Below the pieces are notes generated by a model. That model made no database searches and was not told where the DNA came from. It was given only the letters and a program-made list of their open reading frames with translations. From Octopus sinensis (Eukaryota), in contig NC_043008.1 of NCBI RefSeq assembly GCF_006345805.1, positions 16,988,001 through 17,052,000 on the forward strand: 64,000 nucleotides of DNA. The letters run 5' to 3'. The translations under genes were made by a program, and so were the position numbers. Of the stretch, positions 1-12,045 are shown one piece after another (positions within the stretch are counted from its first letter, which is position 1; every line of letters begins with the position of its first letter).

Positions 1-141
1 TACCAAACAGGCAAAGTTTGAATTAACATTTTAATTTCAACTTATATGTACATATATGTATACACACACGCTCATATGGGTTTATGTGTTTTTGTGTGGA
101 TGTGTATACATACATATATATATATCTATATATATATATAT

Positions 142-177
<36 letters not shown>

Positions 178-179
<2 letters not shown>

Positions 180-485
180 AGGCGCAATGGCCCTGTGGTT
201 AGGGCAGCGGACTCGCGGTCGTAGGATCGCGGTTTCGATTCCCAGACCGGGCTTTGTGAGTGTTTATTGAGCGAAAACACCTAAAAGCTCCACGAAGCTC
301 CGGCAGGGGATGGTGGTGATCCCTGCTGTACTCTTTCACCACTCTTTCTCTCACTCTTTCTTCGGTTGGCCTGCTCGCTTAGCCAGCGGGGTGGCGTCAT
401 TCGAAGGCTAAAACAATGCAAACGTATTGTTACTGGCGATGTGTAGCAACATCTGATGGTCTGGTCGGTCACGTGATCACGTGAT

Positions 486-487
<2 letters not shown>
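178..487 (+). mobile_element. tRNA-derived SINE, family C1
   Basis: Head GGAGGCGCAATGGCCCTGTGGTTAGGGCAGCGG...GGTTTCGATTCCCAGACCGGG has Pol III A/B boxes; ends in GTCACGTGATCACGTGATCAC then (CA)n. Head is shared with the copies at 1384 and 27510 but the 3' half differs. Confidence 0.85.
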
Positions 488-519
<32 letters not shown>

Positions 520-1383
520 ATTTAAAATTATATACACACACGCACACACATGCACACACTCGGACATATAACACCGTCTAATAATTTAACTAAAAGCAAG
601 AATGCTAACTATCCAACATTGAATACAGTATAATGTTTTAACAATCATACTTAAATTATCTTAAATTAAGGCATTACTCATTGGCAATAATTTTTAAAAT
701 ATTCATTAGTTTTGCATAAATTCTTAAATAGCTTAATTATACCTCTTTTCGTTTTTGAAATTATTTGTAGTGCGTAATTTAAACTCTTGTATGAATATTG
801 TTTAAGCTACCAAATCAAATTGGTTTTAGTGACTATTATTGGATTATTCCTATAGTTTCACTAATATATATGTGTCTTCTTGTTTCTAACGAATATATTC
901 TGTATAGATAACAATTACAAAAAAAAAAAAAAAAAAAAAATTATACTTTTTGTTCAAAGCACCTATCTTCCCGTGTCTAATTATTTCTACTTGAAACCGA
1001 ATTATCTTGAGATTTTCAGTGTCGTATGAATTAGTCATCACATTCAATAGTATTAACATTTTTACTATTTCGAATATCAAATAGGAAGATTTAATTTTAT
1101 TTTGGAGTATGCGTGCGTATGTGTGTGTGTGTGTGTATGTGTGTGTGTGTGCATAATTGTTTCACTGTAAACAGAAATAAGTAAATCAAATCATAATATG
1201 CGAATATTTAGTATATGTTTTGTATACACACACACACACGCACACACACACATACACACACATGAGCGCGCGCGCACACACACACACACATACGTAATTA
1301 TTTCACTGTTAATAAAGATAGGTCAAAGATCTGCTGCTAAAATATATCGGAACTAAAGTTTTAGACCTCACTAATAAATATTC

Positions 1384-1651
1384 GGAGGCACATAGCCTAG
1401 TGATTAGAGCAGTGGACTCGCGGTCGAGGGATCGCGGGTTCGAATCTCAGACCGGGTGATGTCTGTGTTTTTGAGCGAAACACCTGAGCTCCACGCGGCT
1501 CCGGCAGAAGGTAAGGGCGAACTTCTTTTGACTCTTTCGTCACAACTTTCTCTCACTCTTTCCTCCTGCATCTTGCAGCTCACCTGCAACGGACCGGTGT
1601 CACGTCCAGGTGGGGAACCTATACGTCAAGGAAACCAGCACACCGGCCCTT
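1384..1651 (+). mobile_element. tRNA-derived SINE, family C2 (V/Meta-like central domain), 3'-truncated
   Basis: A box TAGCCTAGTGA, B box GGTTCGAATCT; body CACCTGCAACGGACCGGTGTCACGTCCAGG resembles the conserved V/Meta SINE domain (from recall); homologous to 27510-27821. Confidence 0.85.
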
Positions 1652-1867
1652 ATATATATATTATTCAAAGGTATTCCAACGCTCTGTCTGTTTTTTATGT
1701 TTTATTTATATTCTTTATAATATTAATGTAAAATATAGAATATATAGTATAAATAGTATATATAGTAAAATGAAATGAAGTATTGAATATCAAATATTAA
1801 TGGACTGGTATACTTTCTTGCATTTAAGCAGTCTACAAGATCCCAGGTTGTGACAGGAATGTTTCAA

Positions 1868-1907
<40 letters not shown>

Positions 1908-2012
1908 AATGTAGGATAAAATTTTTTTCGAAAAAAATATTCCTTTCCCCCCCAAAAAAAATATATCAATGGCCAGCACATCAAAAAATACCTTTAAAGG
2001 TTAAATCTATAA

Positions 2013-2365
2013 ACAATTCATAATTAAGGGCAAACGAAAAAATTTCTAATGCCAGATATGCCGAAAAATTGGACATATTGTCTATTAACCATATAATTTT
2101 TTCACAATATGTACGCTACTCGAAAAAAGGTCGACAGAAATTTCTAAAACATTCCATTATTACCATATCAGACCGATTTCAGGGTTAGCTGATAACAGCC
2201 CTCCCTTCGTCAGTGATACATGTGGCAAAAAGAAATTAATGAGATACTTACTCATACCCATGAGTAGCGTGCATATTGGGAAAAAATTATATGGTTAATG
2301 GACAATATGTCCAATTTTTCGGCATATCTGGCATTAGAAATTTTTTTGTTTGCCCTTAATTATGA

Positions 2366-2370
<5 letters not shown>
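2013..2370. mobile_element. Foldback element: ~109-bp inverted arms around a 140-bp spacer containing a hammerhead
   Basis: 2013-2121 is the reverse complement of 2262-2370 with 4 mismatches by my count. Confidence 0.9.
2164..2220 (-). ncRNA. Type I hammerhead ribozyme motif
   Basis: Minus strand TGTATCA-CTGACGA-AGGG(AG)GGCTG TTAT CAGCT(AA)CCCT-GAAA-TCGG-TC-TGATATG: 7-bp helix I (2 GU), 9-bp helix II with an internal loop, near-palindromic helix III, GUC cleavage triplet. Confidence 0.8.
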
Positions 2371-2400
<30 letters not shown>

Positions 2401-2682
2401 CCGCTTTGATCAATTAGCATACTCTTAAACATCACGGTTTGCCAGACGTACCGATATTCTGTAATTTGTTTATATTTATTCATCCACATCATTAACTGGT
2501 TGTTATAGCGTTGCTGTTATTTCTGTCCAGAACAGGTTTGAACATTTTAAGAAAGGTGAAACGCCTGGAAAACCGTGAGCATGTAGATTGAAGAGCATGT
2601 AGATTGATCAAAAAGGTATTCTCAGAATTCAGCTGGTTGGAGCGTTCTAAGAGATACTAAAGGTGTCACGAACTCCACATTT

Positions 2683-2722
2683 GAAATCTGATGAGTACAC
2701 TACGTATGAATGCGCTAATTTT
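2683..2722 (+). ncRNA. Degenerate minimal hammerhead motif
   Basis: GAAAT-CTGATGA-GTAC ACTAC GTAT-GAA[T]-GCGC-TA-ATTTT: helices I and II pair; A15.1 is replaced by U, breaking the AGCGCT palindrome. Confidence 0.55.
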
Positions 2723-2779
2723 GTTAAAATTCCATAATAAAAACGTGAAAACCAGACTGATTTATATTTGAATCAACTG

Positions 2780-2810
<31 letters not shown>

Positions 2811-2811
<1 letters not shown>

Positions 2812-4230
2812 CTGTGTCTATGTATGTAACGGAGTGTTACGAAAAAGGCCTAAAAAAGCTTATCTAACTTCCATACCCATGACTCGACTCTCCTTCATCT
2901 CCAATATTTCAGCTCATAAAACAAAGTTTTCTCGAATCTAACATTTCATTATTTAGTCTTATCGATTTCCTGTTCGGTTCTAACCTGTACTCCCTCTGTC
3001 TATTATTAATTTAGTTACTATTTTATTGCGTTTTCATTAGAGAAATAGAGGCAACACGTATGACCTTTGAAGGGACATCGTGACTGAGTTGGGTGAGAAA
3101 AAGGCCATAACTATTATAAGTAGCAGCATATCAAATCATCAGAATACTGGAGAGCAATTCATAATTATTATAAGTGTAAGCCAGGAGACGGCGAATGGTG
3201 GTTAACTACCCCCAAGTAGGGTAAACATTAAATTCTTGGGAGTTAAAATTATATAAATACAACTGATCCTTCTTTTATTCATTAAATTGGCCATAGGAAG
3301 CTGCGGGCTGGACAAGGACATAATGAGATGGAATGATTAAGGATATGATAATAATGAGGGCAACAGCAATGCCCGCCGATTGCCGTTTACTTGAGCACAT
3401 TGTTCTTTATAAGTACCATATTTGAGGCAAACCCCTGAAAAAAACCCGTCGTATGTATGCGTGTGTGTTGTATGAGTGTGTGTGTGTGTTTGTGCGTGTT
3501 TGTGTGTGGTGTGTGTGTGTGTGGTGTGTGTGTCTGTGTCTATGTATGTAACGGAGTGTTACGAAAAAGGCCTAAAAAAGCTTATCTAACTTCCATACCC
3601 ATGACTCGACTCTCCTTCATCTCCAATATTTCAGCTCATAAAACAAAGTTTTCTCGAATCTAACATTTCATTATTTAGTCTTATCGATTTCCTGTTCGGT
3701 TCTAACCTGTACTCCCTCTGTCTATTATTAATTTAGTTACTATTTTATTGCGTTTTCATTAGAGAAATAGAGGCAACACGTATGACCTTTGAAGGGACAT
3801 CGTGGACTGAGTTGGGTGAGAAAAAGGCCATAACTATTATAAGTAGCAGCATATCAAATCATCAGAATACTGGAGAGCAATTCATAATTATTATAAGTGT
3901 AAGCCAGGAGACGGCGAATGGTGGTTAACTACCCCCAAGAGGGTAAACATTAAATTCTTGGGAGTTAAAATTATATAAATACAACTGATCCTTCTTTTAT
4001 TCATTAAATTGGCCATAGGAAGCTGCGGGCTGGACAAGGACATAATGAGATGGAATGATTAAGGATATGATAATAATGAGGGCAACAGCAATGCCCGCCG
4101 ATTGCTGTTTACTTGAGCACATTGTTCTTTATAAGTACCATATTTGAGGCAAACCCCTGAAAAAAACCCGTCGTATGTATGCGTGTGTGTTGTATGAGTG
4201 TGTGTGTGTGTTTGTGCGTGTTTGTGTGTG
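2811..4230. repeat. Near-identical tandem duplication, 722-bp period
   Basis: Unit starts TCTGTGTCTATGTATGTAACGGAG at 2811 and 3533; the unique part differs by two 1-bp indels and one substitution; junctions lie in (GT)n. Confidence 0.95.
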
Positions 4231-4550
4231 TGTGTGTGTGTGTTTGTGCGAGTTTGTGTGTGTATGCGTGTGTGTGTGTTTGTGCGTGTTTGTGTGTGTG
4301 TTTGTGTTTGTTTGTGTGTGTGTGTACCTTTGTGCCTATGTTTGTTTCCACACTACCTCTTGATAACCTGTGTTGGTGTGCGTATGTCCCTGCAATATAG
4401 CGTTCCGCAAACGAATAAGTACCAAGCTTTTAAAAGCCTGGTACTGTGTGTGTGTGCGTGTGTGTGTATTATTGGATTCGATTCAGTAAGCTAAATTTCT
4501 TCAAGGCGATGTCTCAGCATTGCCGCAGTCTAACGATTGAAACAAGTAAA
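4165..4550 (+). mobile_element. 3' half of CORE-like SINE (family A), decayed
   Basis: CCCGTCGTATGTATG-(GT)n then GATAACCTGTGTTGGTG...GAATAAGTACCA...GCATTGCCGCAGTCTAACGATTGAAACAAGTAAAA, matching the tails of the copies at 17362 and 55907. Confidence 0.7.
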
Positions 4551-5096
4551 ATTTGTTTAAATAATTATATCCATAATTTGTATTAAATTTTGACCACTAG
4601 CGCAAAAGAAAATAGGGTGGAAAATGGGCTTGGCAGGCAAAATATTAAGCTTAGGCATACAGGCGTCATTCACAAGTAAGCTACACGCCTTATATTAATC
4701 TTACTTTGCTTTCATAAGCGCAGACCTTGTAAACATTCTTTAATTGGAACATGACAATAATACTTTCTTTCAAAAGCACAATGACACGATCTTCACATCT
4801 TCATACTTTCTCGTCATGAACAGCATGGCTAAAACACACAAAATCATTATGGTGATAGGTCTTCAGAAATGTTGGATAATATGTAATTCTCAAAAGTTCA
4901 TTTATCTTTAATGCTAATAATTAATTTCTTTCGGTTATGTCAAATCTCAACGTTTGATGTTTGTGGCTAAGGATTGTAAACAATTCCAGTTTATAATTGG
5001 TAAATATTCTGATCGATCAAATTTTAGATCAGGATAACATGAAGGAATTCTATAACTGGTCATTTTGAGAGATGAATAAACGGAGACACTTGCCTC

Positions 5097-5335
5097 TCAC
5101 AATATAGAAACATTGCTCATGGCCCCAGCAGACAAAATGGCAAAAGCGTTGCCACAGAGCATAGTGAGGTAGATGCGCTGTAACAACCACTCTAACTCAC
5201 GGGACTCGCACTTTCGGGCAGCAATCTCCGCTCCGATAGCAATGAGCAGGGATATCGTCTGCGGACCAAGAACGCCAGAAGTTTCCACTGCTAGTCTCGA
5301 CCATAAACCTGTCAGAGAACGACCAATACCTTGAG
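5097..5335 (-). pseudogene. 3' end of CRE-like non-LTR retrotransposon (restriction-like endonuclease C-terminus)
   Basis: Translates across a frameshift as RYWSFSDRFMVE/LAVETSGVLGPQTISLLIAIGAEIAARKCESRELEWLLQRIYLTMLCGNAFAILSA, matching the PxAxETxG...LxQRxSxxxxRGNA pattern I recall for CRE-clade elements. Confidence 0.65.
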
Positions 5336-6994
5336 AGTTGTGATTGATTTTTGATCTATGGCAAATGAAATAAAATTTATATATTTGTCATACTGGTCAA
5401 ATACCAAGATCAGTGCAATTGACTTGCCTCTTCGACGAAATGTTGCTGCCCTTGTAATAAAATTAGTTTGGCTTAATCCTCTGAATGTTGAACATATTGC
5501 TTAGTAGTATTTAGTTTTGGCTTTGTTCGATCTGTATGCAAGTTTCCCAGGCCCTACCGAGATGTAAATCTTCCAGATTTACTGGCATTACCGATTAATT
5601 TAGTCTACAGATGCATTTAGTCATAGATAGTAAAACAAGCAAATGATTCGATTGGGATAAAATAGGTCACTTCCGAATGCTGGGATTTTATTGAAGGAAC
5701 TGATAGAAAAGTGGGAAATGAAAAACTTAGAAACCGGTTTGGACAGCTACAACTTTTGAAATTAATAGATTTATACACTACAAAAATGTAAGCACACTAC
5801 AGCGAATCACACACATCAGTTTTAGAAATAGTTTTTATTAGTTTAGCCAATAGGTTAGCGCATGTAGTAGTATACTTTCAGGTAGTTATCTGCACAGAAT
5901 ACATGCTCGTAACCTGTACGTTCAATGTAAGTATGACGAGGAAGCAGTGACACGATGACAGGCCATTGAATTCATATGCCTCGGTTCGAAGAATTGTCAG
6001 TCACGATTAGCGAAATAGTTAAGTAGGAATTTGACGGGCCACTATCATTAAGAAGTGGTGGCTCTCACTAAAGAGAAGAACAAAGAAGCATCTTTCAGAT
6101 TTAGTAACGAAGTAGCGATAGAGAACGGAAGAAATATATGAGCTGGTAATAAATCAATTAGCAGTGAAGTGTCAGAGGAGAATCGGTGGATCAGTGTTGA
6201 AAGTGTAATCAGATGGCTTGGCGCTTTCTGGAGGTTATTCGGCGTGTAGACATTTCCGGTGCACTGTCTGATGATAAACCATGTCTTTTACGGCCTGCTT
6301 CATGAAAAAGCAAAAATAAGTTGCCTATATCTGCCATACATCCTGGATGTAAGCCTTAAATTTATTCACGATGTGTGAGGATTTATATCTCTCACCACCG
6401 AATGAAATGCGCAAATTGTGTGGTGAATATTTTGGGAGATAATGTTCATGTTGAACTGCCGTAACATACTTAAAAATCATGAACAAAGACCCAGTGCAAT
6501 GAAAGCGGAAGAAGATTGCTTGATACGATAACGCAAATAACGAGAGAAAGGGTGGAAAGTCGCGTAAGACACTACAGATTCAGATCAGTTTGCCGACATT
6601 TTAACGGCAGATCATGAACGGAATTTGCAGAAAAGGTTGTGAATGATTTTAAAATTTAATCATACATGTTTTTGTTATCAGTAAATTGCAGATTTTAAGC
6701 ATAATTAACCTTACAGATAAAACTTATAAAATATTTATGAATTTAGGTTTTAAAATTACAGTATCTTATCTAAGGTTTTAATTGCCAATAAAAACATCTT
6801 TCAAGCCAGGTTTATATTCGGAACACCAGCAAAGAGTGCAGTGATAATGTCTTTATTCAATAAACTGCTATTACTTATCATTAAACTGTCATTATACTCG
6901 CACTGTATGGTCTACGTTTATCTTTCCCTGTAGGTCACAATTACGGTACACCATCAACGTACAAGATCTTTAAAACTTGATTATTGCCTTAATG

Positions 6995-7017
6995 TTGGGG
7001 GAAAGAAAATCATATAT

Positions 7018-7086
<69 letters not shown>

Positions 7087-7607
7087 ATATGTATGTATAT
7101 ATATGTATATATATATATATATATAATATTATATATAAATATATGCATGTATATGTATATATATATGTATATATATATGTATACATATATATATATACAC
7201 ACAAATATATATACATATATATATATCTATATGTATACATATATAAATATGTATGTACGAATATATCTATATATCTATGCATCTATATATACACATATAT
7301 ATATATATATACACATATATATACATATATATATATACATATATATACATATATATGCATACATATATACATATACATATTATATATATATATATAATAT
7401 ACATACATACACATATAGAGAAACAAAATGCAGAAACGCGCGCAGAGTCACTTATATGCATAACCATACACACGCATATCCATATATATATATGTGTGTA
7501 TGTATGTATACATGTAAATATGTATATATGTACGCATACACACATATAGATACGTACATAAATACGTATAAATATATGTATGAATACACAAACATATATA
7601 CACACAT

Positions 7608-7677
<70 letters not shown>

Positions 7678-7852
7678 TATATACATATAGAAGTGTGTAT
7701 ATACATATACACACAAACATATGTAGCTATATATAAACAAACACACACACGCACACACACACACAGACACACACACACACATATATATATATATGACATA
7801 ATTTAATTTATATCCATAACGAAAAACGTATAAGTGCACACGCTTACATGCG

Positions 7853-7890
<38 letters not shown>
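6995..7890. repeat. Compound (AT)n/(ATAC)n/(AC)n microsatellite field
   Basis: Direct observation; source of the spurious YI/HT/VC ORFs. Confidence 0.95.
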
Positions 7891-8267
7891 TACACAAACT
7901 CACATTCACACCCTGTGTATGTGTGTGTGCGCGCGCGTCTCCGTTTATAGCTGTAAATGAAATGAACCGAAAACCAGCTCTGTCATATAGGTTGGAGTAA
8001 AATTTATATACCATTTATATACCATTCTCGGGAGACAGAATCATATTTCTGCATGATAGATAGTGTTCACATCATACACCGACTACGTATGTGTCATCAG
8101 TCGAACGGCAAAGAAATAAGTGAAGGAAAAAATTATCATGTCCCGCGTGAAAAAAGTGATATGTACTGTAACAATATGTGTGTTGGATGCCGATGAATAA
8201 CTAATTTTAACTTGATGTCGAAGAGTTCAGATCTCATCAGCATATAGATGTGTAACATATTTCTGAG

Positions 8268-8335
<68 letters not shown>

Positions 8336-8341
<6 letters not shown>

Positions 8342-8562
8342 CTACCTACAAGGGCTAAACACAGAGGGGACAAACAAGGACAGACAAACGGATAAAGTCG
8401 ATTACATCGACCCCAGTGCGTAACTGGTTCTTAATTTATCGAGCCCGAAATGATGAAAGGCAAAGTCGACCTCGGCGGAATTGAACTCGGAACGCAACGA
8501 CAGACGAAATACGGCTACGCATTTTGCCCGACGTGCTAACGTTTCTGCCAGCTCGCCGCCTT
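8336..8562 (-). mobile_element. tRNA-derived SINE family B, full length, within (AT)n
   Basis: Reverse complement reads AAGGCGGCGAGCTGGCAGAAACGTTAGC...GAGTTCAATTCCGCCGAGGTCGACTTTGCCTTTCATC...GTAGGTAGTAAATA. Confidence 0.9.
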
Positions 8563-8563
8563 A

Positions 8564-8696
<133 letters not shown>

Positions 8697-9543
8697 TCCT
8701 CCTCCCACCCAAACACATCAAGCTTTCCATCCCCTATTTCCAATTCCTCCGTCTACGCAGGCTCTGTAGTGACGACCTTGACTTTGAGACTCAGTCTCAA
8801 TTCATGGCTCGCCACCTCATCCTACGTGAATATCCTGTTACTACTATCCACACCGACCTTACCAGAGCACGTTCCGTGGACCATGCGTCTGCTATCTCCC
8901 CGCGAATCCGCCCTGCAGTCTCCCGCCTCCCTTTTCTCCTCACGTACCACCCCACCACCCTACTTCTCCAACGCACCATTCTCCGAGCTTTCCGGCATCT
9001 CCAGTCCGACCCCTCCACTTCACAAATCTTCTCTAACCCACCCCTCCCCTCTTTCAAACGATCCCACAAACTACGAGCCATCTTGGTCCACAGCTTCTTC
9101 CCCAAACCTACCTCTCAGCCTGGCCCGTTCCCCTGCTCCCGCCCACGCTGCCGCACTTGCACTTACCTCTCCAACACCACTCTCCTCACCGGCACCCATC
9201 ATCGACCCTATCGCATCATAGACTCCTTCACCTGCACCTCCAGCAATATCATCTATTACATCTCCTGCTCTCTGTGCCACTCCCTGTACATCGAACAAAC
9301 GGGACACTGCTTGGCTGACCGGTTCTCGGAACACCTCCGAGACATCTGCCTCGGCAATGAACCCCTACTACGGTCTCACGCCATTTCCGCTCTATCGGTC
9401 ACTCTTTGCAACACCTGTCCGTGTTCGGATTGTCCTGGCACAGAGGCCGTCCGGACTCCAGTTTGCGCCGTGAAGAGGAATTAATCTTCTATCTTCGCTC
9501 CTTTGATCCACATGGGCTCAACTCTCCTCCCCTCTTCATCTAA
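8697..9543 (+). pseudogene. Penelope-like element (Neptune-type): RT thumb, Cys linker and GIY-YIG endonuclease, 5'-truncated and frameshifted
   Basis: SHPKHIKLSIPYFQFLRLRRLCS...PCSRPRCRTC...FTCTSSNIIYYISCSLCHSLYIEQTG...RFSEH, then after a frameshift near 9362 VSRHF...REEELIFYLRSFDPHGLN*. YIG has mutated to YIE. Confidence 0.85.
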
Positions 9544-10030
9544 CCGCGCTCCCTTGCCTCTCTCCCCGTCCCTCCTACTTCCTCCCACCCACCTCTTCTC
9601 TCTTGCTCCGACTCCTACTTCTCTTCACTCCTACTTCTCTTCACTCCTACTTCTCTTCATCCCTGCTCTCTATTTCTCTTCTCTCTTTCTCTCTCTCTCA
9701 TACCTACCTTACCCATCCCACCCCATCCCATCCCTTACACCCTCTCCCATATACCCTACTTCTACCTCACCCTCTGCCTACCCACATTCCCCACCCTACC
9801 TCCACCCTCTGCTTAACACATACCCACCTCTACTCCCACCCTCTGCCTACCCACATACCTACCTCTACCCCAACCCTCAGCCTAACTCACACCTCACCCG
9901 TTCTTTCCCCACTCTCGCCTCCCCACCTCCCAACACCATCACACCGCACCACACTGCACCATACCACAAAACACATCACATCACAATACACCACCACGCA
10001 CACAATTTTATTTGTCACTTGACTAATGAA
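9544..10030 (+). repeat. C/pyrimidine-rich low-complexity tail following the PLE ORF
   Basis: Almost no G on the plus strand; includes three copies of ACTCCTACTTCTCTTC near 9610-9658. Confidence 0.75.
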
Positions 10031-10142
10031 ATCACCACACTTTTGTTTCCATTTTAAAAATTATATACACTCATTAATGAGCATGTTCACTATAAAGAGA
10101 ATCGCACGATAATTTCAACCGTGGCCGATGACAAAGTTATAG

Positions 10143-10432
10143 CTGTGTGGTAAGAGGTTTGCTTTCCAACTACATGTTTCTGGGTTCTGTCCCCCTTCAT
10201 GGCACTGTGTGCTGGTATAGTATATTACAGTACTGGGCTGACCATAGCTTGCTGGTTAGATTTGGTATATGGAAACTGTGTGTATATACATACATATATA
10301 TGAATGTGTGTGTATATGTTTATTTGTCTCTCACCACCGCTGAGCAACCGGTGTTATTTTGTTTACGTCCCAGTAACGTAAGGGTTCGGCAAAATAGCAC
10401 GATAAAATAACTATCAGGCTTAAAGATAAGTA
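10143..10432 (+). mobile_element. CORE-like SINE family A, old and diverged
   Basis: CTGTGTGGTAAGAGGTTTGCTTTCCAAC...GGTTCGGCAAAATAGCACGATAAAATAA. Confidence 0.7.
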
Positions 10433-10807
10433 AAACATGTAAAAGAAACCTCATATATACACATACATATACATACTTTGAGTGTGTGCATCTTATTACG
10501 GCCGCGCCAGCTATAATCTATTCAAGAATGGCATATCTGAAATAAAATCGATGTTTATAAATTGTAATTTTAACTAATCAATCTATTATACAATCAATCG
10601 ATCAATCATTTTATTGTAAATTACATTTAAGAGCAGACAGGCTGCTTGTTTCATTGTTGAATTTTTCTTTATTACTTTGTTACTTTTTCAATTATCTTAA
10701 AATTAACAACATTTTATTCACATTATTGTTGAAGATATTTTTTTAATGCAAATATATGAATAAATCGTAAAAAAAAAAGAGAGAGTAAGGTAAATGTAAA
10801 CTAATTT

Positions 10808-12045
10808 CTTTTTACATTGTTTTCATTCGACGGATATTTGTCCTTACCTCGTTTGTTGTTAACACAACGTTTCGGTTGATATAAACCTCCAGCCTTCATC
10901 AGGTGTCTTGGGGAAATTTCGAACCTGGGTTCTCATTTCTAAGGTATTTTTCGATGTTATTATTATTATTTTTACTACTACTGTTGTTACTGTTCATGTC
11001 ACTGCTTGGAATCGAACACAGTAGCGCGCTCTCTTAATCACTACGCCATATGCCCGTGTACAATTATGGAGTGAATTTTAGGGCTTATAAATCTAATATT
11101 TTTCTATTCTTCCTTAATACTGGTTCCCATATGCTGCTCATATCTGCACTCGGTCTGCTTAGGAGGTTGTTGTGTCCGAGCACATTAGCTGCTTCTTTTA
11201 GTTTCCGTATTTTCCACTGGTGTTCTCTGTATATTATTTTAACTTCATCCCACAAGGGGAGGTGGTCTCCATTTTCCATACATGATCAGCTATACCCCAG
11301 TTATCAATATCCCCTTGTGTCACTGCTTTGCGATGTTCGTCGATTCTTATTTTGAGGGGGAGGCATGTTTTGCCTTTGTATATCCTACCACAGCTGCATG
11401 GGATGGAGTACACGCAGTTATTAGTCATACTCTCTTCTATTGGTGGTTTTACTCGAAGGAGATATTTGCGAGGCGTTGTATTACTCTTGAATACTGTCCT
11501 GATGTCATATGGGCAGCATATATTTTGTATCTTTTCGGAGAGGCCTTTCACATAAGGTAGACAGACTGCGGACAGTTTATTGACCTCATCCTCTCTCTTC
11601 TTCATAAATGGATCGGATAGTATACTTTTGGGGTAGTTGTTGCTTAACAGATCATTAATGATCTTTACCATTTGTTCGTGGTGTGTATCACGATCGCTAC
11701 TTATATTATTTGCACGATGTTTTAGGCACTGAGCAATCCCTGTCTTTACACTGTATGGATGGAGGGAATTGAAGTTGAGTTATCATCCAGTAAAGGTCAG
11801 CTTGCGGTATACGGCTGTCCTGAATCCATACTTAGTGCGTGTTATTAATACGTCCAGGAATGCCAGCAGATTGTATTTTCCCTTTTTGTACATTGTGAAC
11901 TGTATAGATGGCTTTAGTGAGTTCACATGATGTAACAGCACTTGGACATCTTCCTGGTGAAGCCAGAGTATAAAGATGTCATCAACATATTGTAGCCATA
12001 GTGTTGGTTTTAGTGGTGTTGACCCTAAAGCAAAATTCTTCAAAG
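10808..12045 (-). pseudogene. Penelope-like element (Poseidon/Penelope-type): partial RT, GIY-YIG and 3' pseudo-LTR
   Basis: RT motif WLQYVDDIFILW and FLDVLI (11783-12045); GIY-YIG region VCLPYVKGLSEKI...CVYSIPCSCGRIYKGKT...RIDEH...IADHVW; 3' non-coding segment carries a tRNA-like block and a hammerhead. Confidence 0.9.
10861..10907 (-). ncRNA. Minimal type I hammerhead in PLE pseudo-LTR
   Basis: GACAC-CTGATGA-A-GGCTG(GAGGTTTATAT)CAACC-GAAA-CG-TT-GTGTT: 5-bp helix I, helix II with one C-A mismatch, palindromic ACGT in place of helix III, as known for PLE-associated HHRs. Confidence 0.8.

Noticed and set aside
2823-3450. Duplicated unit as a pair of LTRs (starts TGTAAC)
   Set aside because: No CA terminus, PBS, PPT, TSD or internal region; the copies are directly adjacent through microsatellite.
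8085-8245. Two minus-strand CTGATGA heptamers
   Set aside because: No GAAA at the right distance and no helix I complement.
9503-10057. 184-aa and 139-aa Pro/Ser/Leu/His-rich ORFs
   Set aside because: Result of G-poor low-complexity sequence that cannot easily form stops.
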